NCBI GenBank assembly: GCA_038998335.1
Contig: JAVZHQ010000003.1
Span: forward strand, 1-21,152
Length of the DNA stretch: 21,152 bases
From: Candidatus Aenigmatarchaeota archaeon
GTDB taxonomy: Archaea; Aenigmatarchaeota; Aenigmatarchaeia; CG10238-14; SCSR01
Reading direction: 5' to 3'
Part shown: piece after piece, positions 1 to 9,260 of the stretch
Layout: every line of letters starts with the position of its first letter
How positions within the stretch are numbered: the first letter of the stretch is position 1
Notes under the pieces: generated by a model
What the model saw: only the letters and a program-made list of their open reading frames with translations
What the model was told of the DNA's origin: nothing
Database searches by the model: none
Made by a program: the position numbers and the translations under genes

Positions 1-343
1 CTTTTAAAAGAGGATTTTGAATCATATCCGATAAAACATCGACCATTAAAGGAAAATATTGGCTTGGACCTTTTATCCAATAGCCAGTGTGATCTTTTGT
101 AGTAAAAGCATTAAAAACTCCGCCAATTCCCTCAATGGTAGAAGAAATAATATAGGTATCAGGATATTTTTTGCTTCCTTTAAAAGCCATATGTTCAAAA
201 AAATGAGCTACACCATTGTTTTTTTCATTTTCATAGCGACTGCCTGCTCCAATAAGAAGAAGAACAGTAAGAGAAGGAAAAGTTTTTGTATCAACTAAAA
301 TCACTTTTAAACCATTTTTTAAAACAAATTCCTCAACTTTCAT
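1..343 (-). CDS. M16 family (insulinase/pitrilysin-like) zinc metallopeptidase, N-terminal part; runs off the left edge
   Basis: Not in the ORF track. Manual translation from ATG at 343 gives MKVEEFVLKNGLKVILVD...IGAGSRYENEKNNGVAHFFEHMAFKGSKKY...GGVFNAFTTKDHTGYW...DVLSDMIQNPLLK. It has the inverted zinc motif HxxEH (HFFEH, 191-205) plus the LxNGL, GSxxE and NAxT signatures of Peptidase_M16. Confidence 0.95.
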   Translation of the reverse strand, partial: MKVEEFVLKNGLKVILVDTKTFPSLTVLLLIGAGSRYENEKNNGVAHFFEHMAFKGSKKYPDTYIISSTIEGIGGVFNAFTTKDHTGYWIKGPSQYFPLMVDVLSDMIQNPLLK

Positions 344-349
344 TTTTTT

Positions 350-358
350 ATTTTAACA
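350..358 (-). promoter_or_regulatory. Putative extended -10 promoter (TGtTAAAAT), 6 nt before the peptidase ATG
   Basis: Minus strand reads TGTTAAAAT-aaaaaa-ATG with no Shine-Dalgarno. The AT-rich background makes chance matches possible. Confidence 0.5.
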
Positions 359-411
359 AAAAAAGAAGTTTAAATTTGTTTTGTTTTTAATTTTGTTAAT
401 TAAAAGAAAGT

Positions 412-846
412 TTAGTTATTTTTCACTTTTTCCTCTTTTTGAGTTTGAATTAATTTGGAATAAAGATAAGCTGATCTAAAATTCAAAAGCACCACCGCTA
501 CTTCTTCTTCAAAATTAGGAATTCTTTTAACAAAAAAATCATCAATCACATCATCTGGAGGATTAGTATCTAGTAAAGCCTCGAGATCCTTTTGATCTTT
601 TTCTGTTAAAAGACTTATTAAATGGATATTAATTGCTTTATTTAGCTCATTAAGAAGAATGGTTCTTACTTCAGCAATGTTTTTTTCGTTAATTGAAGGA
701 TCTTTTTTTTCTTTAATTAAATCATCAATAAAGGTTAAAAGAGCAAGTTGATTTTTTATTGCTTGTTTTTTAGCTTTTAAAGAAGAAAAACGCATTTTGG
801 GTAAATTGATTTGATTTTGATTGTTAGATTGATTTTGATCTTTCAT
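412..846 (-). CDS. Small helical hypothetical protein, DUF5663-like (CPR-enriched family)
   Basis: 144-aa ORF with an N/Q-rich N-terminus. FIDDLIKEK...LNELNKAINIHLISLLTEKDQKDLEALLD...IDDFFVKRIPNFEEEVAVVLLNFRSAY matches my recollection of the DUF5663 pattern; not HMM-verified. Confidence 0.65.
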   Translation of the reverse strand: MKDQNQSNNQNQINLPKMRFSSLKAKKQAIKNQLALLTFIDDLIKEKKDPSINEKNIAEVRTILLNELNKAINIHLISLLTEKDQKDLEALLDTNPPDDVIDDFFVKRIPNFEEEVAVVLLNFRSAYLYSKLIQTQKEEKVKNN

Positions 847-855
847 TTTATTTTA

Positions 856-884
856 ATATTAAATAAAAAAATCTTTTATGTCAA
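856..884 (-). promoter_or_regulatory. Putative sigma70 promoter TTGACA-17-TAATAT for the 144-aa gene
   Basis: Perfect TTGACA (884-879), 17-nt spacer, TAATAT (861-856), then 9 nt to the ATG at 846. Confidence 0.55.
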
Positions 885-958
885 CTATTAATTAAAAAAC
901 TCAAACGTCAACAATAATTCGATCTTTAAAATCAAATTTAACATTTTTTTAAATTTTT

Positions 959-3900
959 TTAGTTAAAATTAACTATTACCGCCGTAACATTATCCTTACT
1001 TAAATTACCAACTTCTTCCCGTGTAAGATATTGTGGATTAAGATTCTCGATACGACCCCCTAAATTTATATACCAAAAAACTCGACCAAAAAATTTTAAA
1101 GCCGCTTTTCTTCGAGCTTGAGTTAAATCTAATCCCTCATTATTTTTAAAATATTCTACATCATTTTTAAATTCTTCATAGAAAGGAAAATCATCAATAA
1201 ATTCTTTGACAGCAAGTAAAAAAGCTTGCTCTTCTATTTTTCGTTCCATCTCATCTGAAATTTGAACTCCTTCGGTTAATTTTTCTTTTCTAAGAGATTC
1301 TTTAATTTCAATAAAACGTGTATTAAACTTACTTTTGTCACCAATAAGTGTTTTAATATTTATCCCTTCCCAAACTCCATCGCAAGTTAAAACTAGCCGT
1401 GTACCCGTTGATAATTTTCCTAAATTACTAACAAAAATACTATCGGCAGATAATTTTTTTTTCTTTCCTCCTCCAAGGACTTGTAAAAGATAAGCTTTGA
1501 GAGAATGAATCAATATTTCCCACGGATTATTAATGCCGTTGTCACCTCCTATTTCCATTAATCTCCACACCAAACTTTGATCGGGAGTTAATAAAAGACA
1601 ATTATTTTGACTATCTATCTGATATATTCGACTATCTCCAACTGAAATTATCCAAGTATTACCTTCATTATCAGTAATCTGAGCTACTAAAGTACTGCCT
1701 GAATCTTTATTGAAATTAGAATTATAATTAAGTATATATTCGTTAACTTTAACAACAATTTCTCTTAAAATATCCTCACTTAACATCTTTTTTTGATCAA
1801 AAGATTTAACTAATTCTTTTACAAAACCAACAATAGCAATGGCCGAAGCAACTTCACCATTTCCATGCCCACCCATTCCATCGGCAACAATCGCCACTGA
1901 CAAACCATTTTTAGTTAATTTTGTTTTTAAATCTAATAAACTCTCATTATTTCCTAAAACTCCAAACTTTTTTAAGTCCTCATCAGTAAAAGATATTCCA
2001 AAATGAAAATCTCCATCAAAATAAGCATCTTCATCATTTGTTCTTGCTCCTTTTTCTGAATGACCACTCATTGTAATATTGGGAGTTTCTCTAATCTCTA
2101 TCCTTGAACTCGCTTCTTCCCACTTTTGAATCTTTTCTTCTAATTTTCTTACTTCCTCCTCTACCCTTTGTTTATATTCTTCTTCATATCTTTTGTTAAC
2201 TTTTCCTTGAAGTGTTTTTAAAACCGTCTGCACTTTTTGGTCTTGTAATAAGTTATTAAATCCTGTTTTTGCTTCAATTAATCTTTGTTCTAATTGTTGT
2301 CTTTGAGCATCATCAGTTGTTGATACTAATTGTTGTGTTAAACTTAAAATTAATGAATAAGCTTGAAGATACTTTTTATAAGCTTGTTCATCTTCTCCCT
2401 CTAATCTTTGAACTTCTTCCTGAAAAATTTTCCTTATTATTTGTGATTCTAATTCTTTTTTCTTTGAACTAATAATTATCTGTTTTGCTAATTCTTCAGC
2501 TTTCTTATCATTAGTTTTTAACTCATCAAATTCTTCTTGAGTTAACGGCGGTAAACCTAATACTTGTAATTGTTGATTTATATTATCAAGACTTTCTTCT
2601 TTTAAAAATTCAATCACTGCTTTTTTTTCTTTTTGATAATCTTCCTCCTCTAAATCTAAAGAAGGTAAAATATCTAATGAGGCTTCCGCTGACGTTAAAA
2701 TTCTTCTCAATTCTTCCATTCTTTGCTTAATAATCTTTTCTTTTTCTTCTTTATTTTTTTCTTCATCAGTCAAAGATTCTTCAGCCATCTTTCTTAAAGC
2801 TAAATCAAGAGCTAATTTTTTTCTCTCATTTTCATCAGCTAGTGCTTGTTTTACTTCTTCTTCACTTTTTCCTATTTCCCGAGCAATTCTTGCTATTTCT
2901 TCTTCTTTCTTTGTTTCATCAGTTAATCCAATAATTCCATTTAATCTTTGTTCTTCTTGCTGAGATAAATCTAATAGTGCTTTTTTTTGTTCTGGACCAA
3001 AAGTGAAAACTCTCTGTGGTTGTTTAAATGTTTGAGTCTCTCCTGCAGATGGTTGGCTGGTCGGAGGTGTTTGACTAGTTGATGAAGGAACGGTTGTATC
3101 CGCTCTGACACTTTTTTCCATTGTTTCTCGAACAACAATTGGTGGTAAATAAACTTTCTCAAAAGGAAGTTCATAAGAAACAGGAGCAGCTATTATTCTA
3201 TACATAGTACTTATTGATTGAATCTCACTCATCAGTGGACCGCTCATTGAAACATTAAATCCTTCTTCAACTCTTACTCCGATTGCCAACTCACCACTAC
3301 CTCGAATCGCCGCTAAATGATTATAAACTCCATCAGCATCAGTAAAGCCTGCGGTAATAAAACCATATCTTCCTCTTGCAATATTAAAAACATCTAACCA
3401 ACCACGATATTCGGTAGCTAAACTTACTGGTGTTGAACCAACCTCCAACCCTGCCTCTTTTATATGAGCACCTAATCTTTCTTGATCAATTATTTGGGCT
3501 AGTTGTTGCATAGTCATTTCCTGACCATGAAACATTACGGGCTGACCACAAGAAGTAACCATATGAGAGTTATCTAAAGGATTAAGTTTTAATTTACCAT
3601 CAACTATTCCATCAGAAACATCATCAATTCTTATTGCTCCCAAACCTGGAATATGAATCGTAAATTGAACTCCATAAGGGGCTCGCGAGGGATCAGAAAT
3701 AATATCTTGAACATTTTCCAATTGACCTGTTAAAGGATTAACAGTTACCCCCATTTTACTGGCATCTAAAATTATCCCATAACTTCCATCCGGATTACGA
3801 TAAACATAATTATAAAATTGGTATTGTTGAAAATATCTCCACCAACGTTGAGATGGTAATTTACTAACAATCTCTGACCAGGCTAATTCTGCTTCTTTAC

Positions 3901-6900
3901 CTTCTAATATTTCAACCGCTTCCGGTCTTAACTCAATATGAATAATTCGTGCATCATAAACTCCTCCTATAATTTTTCCTTCAGTGGTTAATTGAGCATC
4001 ATCAATCAAAATCACTTCTCGACCATCAGGAAAATGCATTATTGAACCTGTTTTTTCATCAATAACTACAAGATCATATTTATCACCATCTTGACGCCAC
4101 TGACAATGCCATCCTTCTCCTGCAGGAACAGTCATTGGCTTGTGAGTAACTGGGTTTTCAATTTGAAAAGTAGTCGTTGGTTTTAAAAACTCTACGGGTT
4201 GAACTGGGCCAGGAATTTCAATTGACTTAATAGTAATTCCATGAGTTTCAAGATCTTTAATAAATGCTTGAAATCCAGAAGGATCATCAATTCGATACCC
4301 ACTCATATCAACAATTACTTCTCCTGTCCTTAAATCAACTAAAGCATCATATCGCTGTCCGTCAATTGTTGTTTGTTGCCAATCATAAACGGCAGGTAAT
4401 TCAATCCTTACTCCATCAATAGAAACAGTATGAGTTGGACCCAATGGTGGTTCAAAATAATTGTGAATCCTTAAAGCAACGCGCTGCAAAGAAGTCAAAT
4501 CAGTAACCAATCTACCCGAAGAATCAAGCTCTAACTGAAATTTACCATCTCTTATCACATCTACCCACTCGCGACTCCATTGAGAAAATCCTTCATTTTT
4601 TAACTCTTGAACTTCCTCTTTAATTGCCCCGCTAATTGCCCCGCTGATAGGTGAAATTGTGTAATAACTAATCAAACTTGAGGCTACAGAAGTAGCAAAA
4701 ACCATTGTCTGGCGTCTTGCTCTTATTTGCCTGAAATTTTTATTTTTCTGTCTTAATGATTCTTCTTGTGTTATTTTTAAATCAATCATTGGCTCAGTAA
4801 TTCTTTTAATAAAAGCTTCAACTTCTTGATCATTGGCAAATCCAAATCTGTCTTTTTCTTTTTTAAGCAATTTTTCAATCTCTTTAATATATTTTTCTCC
4901 TGAACCAAAACGAAGCTGGGCTTCCGCTAAGGCTGAAAGTTTTCCAAAAACTAAACTAAACTTTTCAACCGTTGAAATATCTTCACCCGGAAAAATTCTT
5001 TCTCTTAAATCTTGATTATCTTTTAATAAATTCCAAAGTCTAATTTTTGCATCAAGAACAGCGCCCGTCAACTCAGTAAATTCTTCTTTATCTTTTCCCT
5101 CAGTGTAAGAAATAAAATGCTGTAATCCTCCCTCTTGTTGAGAAAGTTCTGTCAAATCTAAACGAGCAGTGGTTTCCGCAAGTAATAAAATTAATTGATT
5201 AACTTCTTGGAAAGTAAGATTTTCTTTTGATAATAAATTTCTAATAGAAGCTGTTATTTCTCTTGCTCTTTTTGGTTGGACCAAACTTTCTTTCATTTCA
5301 GCTCGAATTAGAGCCCCAGCAACATCTTGTCTTTCCCAAGCCATTTCTCTTGATAGTTGAAATCTTTCTTCTTTCAACCGACTTCCTTCTTTAATTGCGG
5401 CTAAAGCACCCACTCCAGCTCCCGCTCCTAAAATAGGAATTATTCCAACACCGCCAGTTCCCGCTACAAATGCCAGTGCACCAGCAGTTCCTGCTAATTT
5501 TGTTGCTCCTTTACCTAATAATGAAGTAATAATTCCGCTCCCATAATAACCGATTGTTCCTGCTAAAGTATATAAACCTACTTCTTTTGCTGTTAAACCG
5601 GCACCTCCTAAAATTCCTAACCAAAGATTGGTTCTTTTTACTGCGGTTTCAATTCCAGGCGCTGATAAACCAATTGCTCTATCAACTATTCGTCTTTCTA
5701 GTTTTTCTCTCCATCCACCAATTCCTTCTAATCCTTCATATCTTGTTTGTCCTCTTCTTCCCCCCCAAGCACCTTTGCCCAAAACAATATCAACTCTTAC
5801 TTCCTGCCAAAGAGTTTTTCCTTCTTCAGTTTGTCTTAAATAACCATTTTCATCCCAATATTGAGAAACTTGTTCGGTTAAAGAAACAAGATTGCTGGCG
5901 ATTTCTTTTGGAGAAAAAAGTTTTCTTTGCTCCTCAGTTAACTGACCATAAAATTCATCACTTCTTAAATACTGATTAACCTCAATAAGAAGTTGTCTTT
6001 TTATTTCTTCTCTTCTTTCCTCATTAGTTTCTCCTTTAAGTTGGGAAGCATATTTAGCAATTATTTCTTTTATTTTTTGTTGAGCTCTTTCATTTAACTG
6101 TGGATTAACCTCAGCCAGAAGAACTCTTCTTTCTCCTGCTAAAGTTCTTATTCCCTGTCCTAGGCGATCAACATCTTGTAAAGACATTCCTTCTCTTCTT
6201 TGAGCAAATCTTTGAGCTTCTTTATCTTGTTGTTGAAGATATAATTGCCTCATTAACTGCCATTCTTTATTAAAATCGCTTTCGGTAGCTTCTCCTTTTT
6301 TTACTTTTTCTATTTGATCATTTAACCATCGCTGAGCTAGAATTTGTTCTGAACTTTTAGCGCCGAAAAGGCCGGCAAAATTATAAACAAAAGTATCATA
6401 TAAAAACCAACGAAAGCGACCAAATAATCCTTTATTTCTTTCTTTTAATCCCTTCCTTAAAGCTAATTCAATTATTTCCACTCTAACATCTAAAGGCACC
6501 GAGGTATCCCCTACTAATCCTTGTCTTATCATTCCAATCATCTCAGCACTAAATTGATGTCGCTGGCGATCAAAAGAAGGTTTAAATAAAGTCCCTTGCC
6601 ACACATAATGAAAAGGATGACGAAAACCCTTTATAATTCCAGAAAGAACTCCCGGAACAATACTTGCAATTTTACCAACAAAACCCTTTTGAGCTAATTT
6701 TCCACTTAATCTTGCTAAAGCATCACTTAAACCATCAATTACTCTAAATTTTTTAAAAAGTAGTTTATCTCTAAAAAGTTCTTCTTCTAAAGAAGTTAGA
6801 TGTCTTTTTACATCTTGAGCATTTTCATAAGCTATTTCTTCTTCAACAAAAGCAGCCGTTAAAACTTTAGGAAGCTCTACTATTGTTGAAGGTCCGCTTT

Positions 6901-9001
6901 CTGAAGAAGATATAACCGGCGCTTGGGGTGGTGTTTCTTTATATTCTTCTGGCGATTTTCCACCGATATATTGTTTCCTTCTTTCTTCTGGTAGTTCTCC
7001 ACCAGAGGAAGCAGTTTCTAACTCTCCTTCTTTTCCTCCTTCACCTGTAGGAATTTCACCTATTCCCATTTGAGGTGTTCTTCCTGTGGTAAGTGTTGAA
7101 TCTAATTGTTGTGGGATGGGAAGTTTATCTTTATCTTCTAATTTTTGAACAAATTTTTTATAATAAATCTTGTCAGGAATATCTAATAATGAAGGCGCAT
7201 AAGAAATTCGCCTATCCATCAAGTCCGCTCCTTTTAAAGCGTAATCTAAAAGATGTTGAGGATCCCTATCTAACAATTCTTTCATTTCTCTTTTGTGTCT
7301 TTCACTTAAATTTATCATTACTCCTTCATATTGATTAATTAATTCTTCAATATTTTGTTTTTTTCTAATTTCTTTTAAAACTTTAATCATTCTTGCTTGA
7401 GGTTCATTATCTTGATAACGATTTTGATGATCAATATAACGCATTGATTCAATAACTATTTGATAAAATCTTCTTCTTAAATCAACTAATTCTTTTGAGG
7501 CTTTATCTCTTTCTTGTTGTGATAAAGATTCATCTTCTATTTTTTGTTTTAATTTTCTCATCTTCTGTCTGTATGTTTCTGAATCTTTTTCAGAAGTCAC
7601 TGTCACATCTAAAAGTCTATCTGCAATTAAAGTAAAAGCATATAAATCTCTTTTTGCCATCTCTTGGATTTCTCTTCTTCCTCCTTTTTCAACAAAAATA
7701 TTGTCAAAATCTCCTTCAATATAAACTGGAGTGTCTGTATGAGAAACTTCTGTTTTTACTGCTCGTCGAAAATTAGGTAAAGAATATTCAGCCAGTCTTC
7801 TTTTATTTTCTTCTCGAAATAGCCTAATTTTTTCCGCCTCTACTCCCATTAAAACCAAGTATTCTCTTTCATATTTTTTCCCTCTTATTAATTGATAAAT
7901 ATCATCTGTTAAATCACCTAAATAATCACCACTATAACGCAGTCTTTTTTCTACTTCCTCAATCACTCTTTTTTGGTAATCAAAATCACTCTCTTCCTGT
8001 TTTCTTGGTATTTTCCCTTTTGCCTCTTCAATTAACTGTTGCGCCTGTTGATATTCAATTGGGTGTTTTTTTATAAATTCTTCATAAGAAATACCAATTT
8101 CTGTATCTTCATAATAAGGAGGAATGTGTTTTTCTGCCAATCTTCTTAACGTTTCGTAAGGATCATAAGCTTGAGGAATCGTTATTGGTTCTTGTTTTTC
8201 TTCTCCCTCTCCTCCGGCTCCAGAAGAAGAGGGGTCGCTTTTTTCTTTAGTTAAACTTTCAATTGTCTCTTTTACTCCTTTTTTTCCATCAATCTCTGAA
8301 GCTTTATCTTTATGACAGACAAAAACTTTATCACCTTTTTCTAATCTAAGTGTTTGTATTTTTGGGCTTCCATCAGCTTCTTTTTCTTCTTTTATTTCTT
8401 CACCTTTTTTCTGACCTTGTTCATTAAAAGCTGTTATTTGTTGATCTCCTAAAACAATTGCTGATAGAGTACCTTCTTTATCAATTAAAGAAAAAACAAA
8501 ACTTAAATTTTGGGGATTTTGAGGATAAGCTTTGTTTAAAATCTCGATTACTCTTTGATAACCTTCTTGTAATAACTCTGAATGTAATTTATCTGGATTA
8601 GTTTTAATATAATCCAGAAAAACCACCATCCCCAAAGCTGAAGCTTCACTATTTTGTGGAGAGCTCCCTAAAATATTTACCAAAATCCCGTTTAATTCTC
8701 CCTTGCTAATTAATTTTTTAATCTCATCTGGTAGTGTTAGAATTTCTTCAGCAGTAATTTGACGACCCAAAATCTCTTTACCTTGAGCATCTTTTAAAGC
8801 ATTAAGTCTTTGAGCTAATTTTTCTGCTTGTTCTTTTCTTTTATCTTCAGCTAAATCATCTCCTTTCTCATCTTTCTCCAAAAACCCAATCCGAAGATTT
8901 TGACCATCAAAAACAGCGTCTTGTTGGCGCGTTAAAGCGCTGGCAGTTTCATTTAAGGAAAAAACAGTTTCTTTTATTATCTCCTCTCTAGTTTCTGACA
9001 T
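959..9001 (-). CDS. Giant 2680-aa multidomain protein with C-terminal PP2C/PPM Ser/Thr phosphatase, N-terminal degenerate PP2C-like domain, central Gly-rich hydrophobic region and coiled coils
   Basis: Uninterrupted ORF. The last ~370 aa carry PPM motifs in order: KGARTNDED, VADGMGGH (DGMGG 1868-1882), GSTL, SVGDSR, LTPDQS, TCDG (1376-1384), KDNVT (DN 989-994). Hydrophobic Gly/Ala stretch at aa ~1126-1206. Pro/Ser/Thr linkers separate the modules. Confidence 0.92.
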   Translation of the reverse strand: MSETREEIIKETVFSLNETASALTRQQDAVFDGQNLRIGFLEKDEKGDDLAEDKRKEQAEKLAQRLNALKDAQGKEILGRQITAEEILTLPDEIKKLISKGELNGILVNILGSSPQNSEASALGMVVFLDYIKTNPDKLHSELLQEGYQRVIEILNKAYPQNPQNLSFVFSLIDKEGTLSAIVLGDQQITAFNEQGQKKGEEIKEEKEADGSPKIQTLRLEKGDKVFVCHKDKASEIDGKKGVKETIESLTKEKSDPSSSGAGGEGEEKQEPITIPQAYDPYETLRRLAEKHIPPYYEDTEIGISYEEFIKKHPIEYQQAQQLIEEAKGKIPRKQEESDFDYQKRVIEEVEKRLRYSGDYLGDLTDDIYQLIRGKKYEREYLVLMGVEAEKIRLFREENKRRLAEYSLPNFRRAVKTEVSHTDTPVYIEGDFDNIFVEKGGRREIQEMAKRDLYAFTLIADRLLDVTVTSEKDSETYRQKMRKLKQKIEDESLSQQERDKASKELVDLRRRFYQIVIESMRYIDHQNRYQDNEPQARMIKVLKEIRKKQNIEELINQYEGVMINLSERHKREMKELLDRDPQHLLDYALKGADLMDRRISYAPSLLDIPDKIYYKKFVQKLEDKDKLPIPQQLDSTLTTGRTPQMGIGEIPTGEGGKEGELETASSGGELPEERRKQYIGGKSPEEYKETPPQAPVISSSESGPSTIVELPKVLTAAFVEEEIAYENAQDVKRHLTSLEEELFRDKLLFKKFRVIDGLSDALARLSGKLAQKGFVGKIASIVPGVLSGIIKGFRHPFHYVWQGTLFKPSFDRQRHQFSAEMIGMIRQGLVGDTSVPLDVRVEIIELALRKGLKERNKGLFGRFRWFLYDTFVYNFAGLFGAKSSEQILAQRWLNDQIEKVKKGEATESDFNKEWQLMRQLYLQQQDKEAQRFAQRREGMSLQDVDRLGQGIRTLAGERRVLLAEVNPQLNERAQQKIKEIIAKYASQLKGETNEERREEIKRQLLIEVNQYLRSDEFYGQLTEEQRKLFSPKEIASNLVSLTEQVSQYWDENGYLRQTEEGKTLWQEVRVDIVLGKGAWGGRRGQTRYEGLEGIGGWREKLERRIVDRAIGLSAPGIETAVKRTNLWLGILGGAGLTAKEVGLYTLAGTIGYYGSGIITSLLGKGATKLAGTAGALAFVAGTGGVGIIPILGAGAGVGALAAIKEGSRLKEERFQLSREMAWERQDVAGALIRAEMKESLVQPKRAREITASIRNLLSKENLTFQEVNQLILLLAETTARLDLTELSQQEGGLQHFISYTEGKDKEEFTELTGAVLDAKIRLWNLLKDNQDLRERIFPGEDISTVEKFSLVFGKLSALAEAQLRFGSGEKYIKEIEKLLKKEKDRFGFANDQEVEAFIKRITEPMIDLKITQEESLRQKNKNFRQIRARRQTMVFATSVASSLISYYTISPISGAISGAIKEEVQELKNEGFSQWSREWVDVIRDGKFQLELDSSGRLVTDLTSLQRVALRIHNYFEPPLGPTHTVSIDGVRIELPAVYDWQQTTIDGQRYDALVDLRTGEVIVDMSGYRIDDPSGFQAFIKDLETHGITIKSIEIPGPVQPVEFLKPTTTFQIENPVTHKPMTVPAGEGWHCQWRQDGDKYDLVVIDEKTGSIMHFPDGREVILIDDAQLTTEGKIIGGVYDARIIHIELRPEAVEILEGKEAELAWSEIVSKLPSQRWWRYFQQYQFYNYVYRNPDGSYGIILDASKMGVTVNPLTGQLENVQDIISDPSRAPYGVQFTIHIPGLGAIRIDDVSDGIVDGKLKLNPLDNSHMVTSCGQPVMFHGQEMTMQQLAQIIDQERLGAHIKEAGLEVGSTPVSLATEYRGWLDVFNIARGRYGFITAGFTDADGVYNHLAAIRGSGELAIGVRVEEGFNVSMSGPLMSEIQSISTMYRIIAAPVSYELPFEKVYLPPIVVRETMEKSVRADTTVPSSTSQTPPTSQPSAGETQTFKQPQRVFTFGPEQKKALLDLSQQEEQRLNGIIGLTDETKKEEEIARIAREIGKSEEEVKQALADENERKKLALDLALRKMAEESLTDEEKNKEEKEKIIKQRMEELRRILTSAEASLDILPSLDLEEEDYQKEKKAVIEFLKEESLDNINQQLQVLGLPPLTQEEFDELKTNDKKAEELAKQIIISSKKKELESQIIRKIFQEEVQRLEGEDEQAYKKYLQAYSLILSLTQQLVSTTDDAQRQQLEQRLIEAKTGFNNLLQDQKVQTVLKTLQGKVNKRYEEEYKQRVEEEVRKLEEKIQKWEEASSRIEIRETPNITMSGHSEKGARTNDEDAYFDGDFHFGISFTDEDLKKFGVLGNNESLLDLKTKLTKNGLSVAIVADGMGGHGNGEVASAIAIVGFVKELVKSFDQKKMLSEDILREIVVKVNEYILNYNSNFNKDSGSTLVAQITDNEGNTWIISVGDSRIYQIDSQNNCLLLTPDQSLVWRLMEIGGDNGINNPWEILIHSLKAYLLQVLGGGKKKKLSADSIFVSNLGKLSTGTRLVLTCDGVWEGINIKTLIGDKSKFNTRFIEIKESLRKEKLTEGVQISDEMERKIEEQAFLLAVKEFIDDFPFYEEFKNDVEYFKNNEGLDLTQARRKAALKFFGRVFWYINLGGRIENLNPQYLTREEVGNLSKDNVTAVIVNFN
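4622..4645. repeat. 12-bp tandem duplication (aattgccccgct x2, encoding SGAI-SGAI)
   Basis: Exact in-frame duplication read directly, within the second hydrophobic segment of the giant protein. Confidence 0.85.
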
Positions 9002-9225
9002 TTATTATAATAATGGAGGATTTTTACACAAAAATCAAGATCATTTTATTTAAAAAATTAAAAAAATCACGTTCGTAAATATTATATTTTTAGCAATTGT
9101 AAAAAAAATCAAAACCAAAAAAAGAAAAAAAATAAAATAATTCAAAAACTCTAACAATCTAAAAAATTAACTTCAAACTCTATCTCTAATATAACCTACA
9201 AGGGTATAAAAAGTGTTATTTAATC

Positions 9226-9254
9226 TTGACAAACTATTCTTTTTTTATTTTAAT
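9226..9254 (+). promoter_or_regulatory. Putative sigma70 promoter TTGACA-17-TTTAAT for the 1325-aa gene (leaderless geometry)
   Basis: TTGACA 9226-9231, 17-nt spacer, TTTAAT 9249-9254, 6 nt, then ATG at 9261; no Shine-Dalgarno. Confidence 0.65.
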
Positions 9255-9260
9255 TAAATT

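Noticed and set aside
59-298. 79-aa + strand ORF
   Set aside because: Antisense shadow of the M16 peptidase, which has clear motifs on the minus strand.
959-9001. Phage tape-measure protein or prophage
   Set aside because: The Gly/Ala-rich and coiled-coil segments are superficially similar, but there are no phage structural genes nearby and the termini are PP2C-like.
9015-9019. GGAGG Shine-Dalgarno-like motif near the giant gene start
   Set aside because: It is on the + strand while the gene is on the - strand, and no + strand start follows at a suitable distance.
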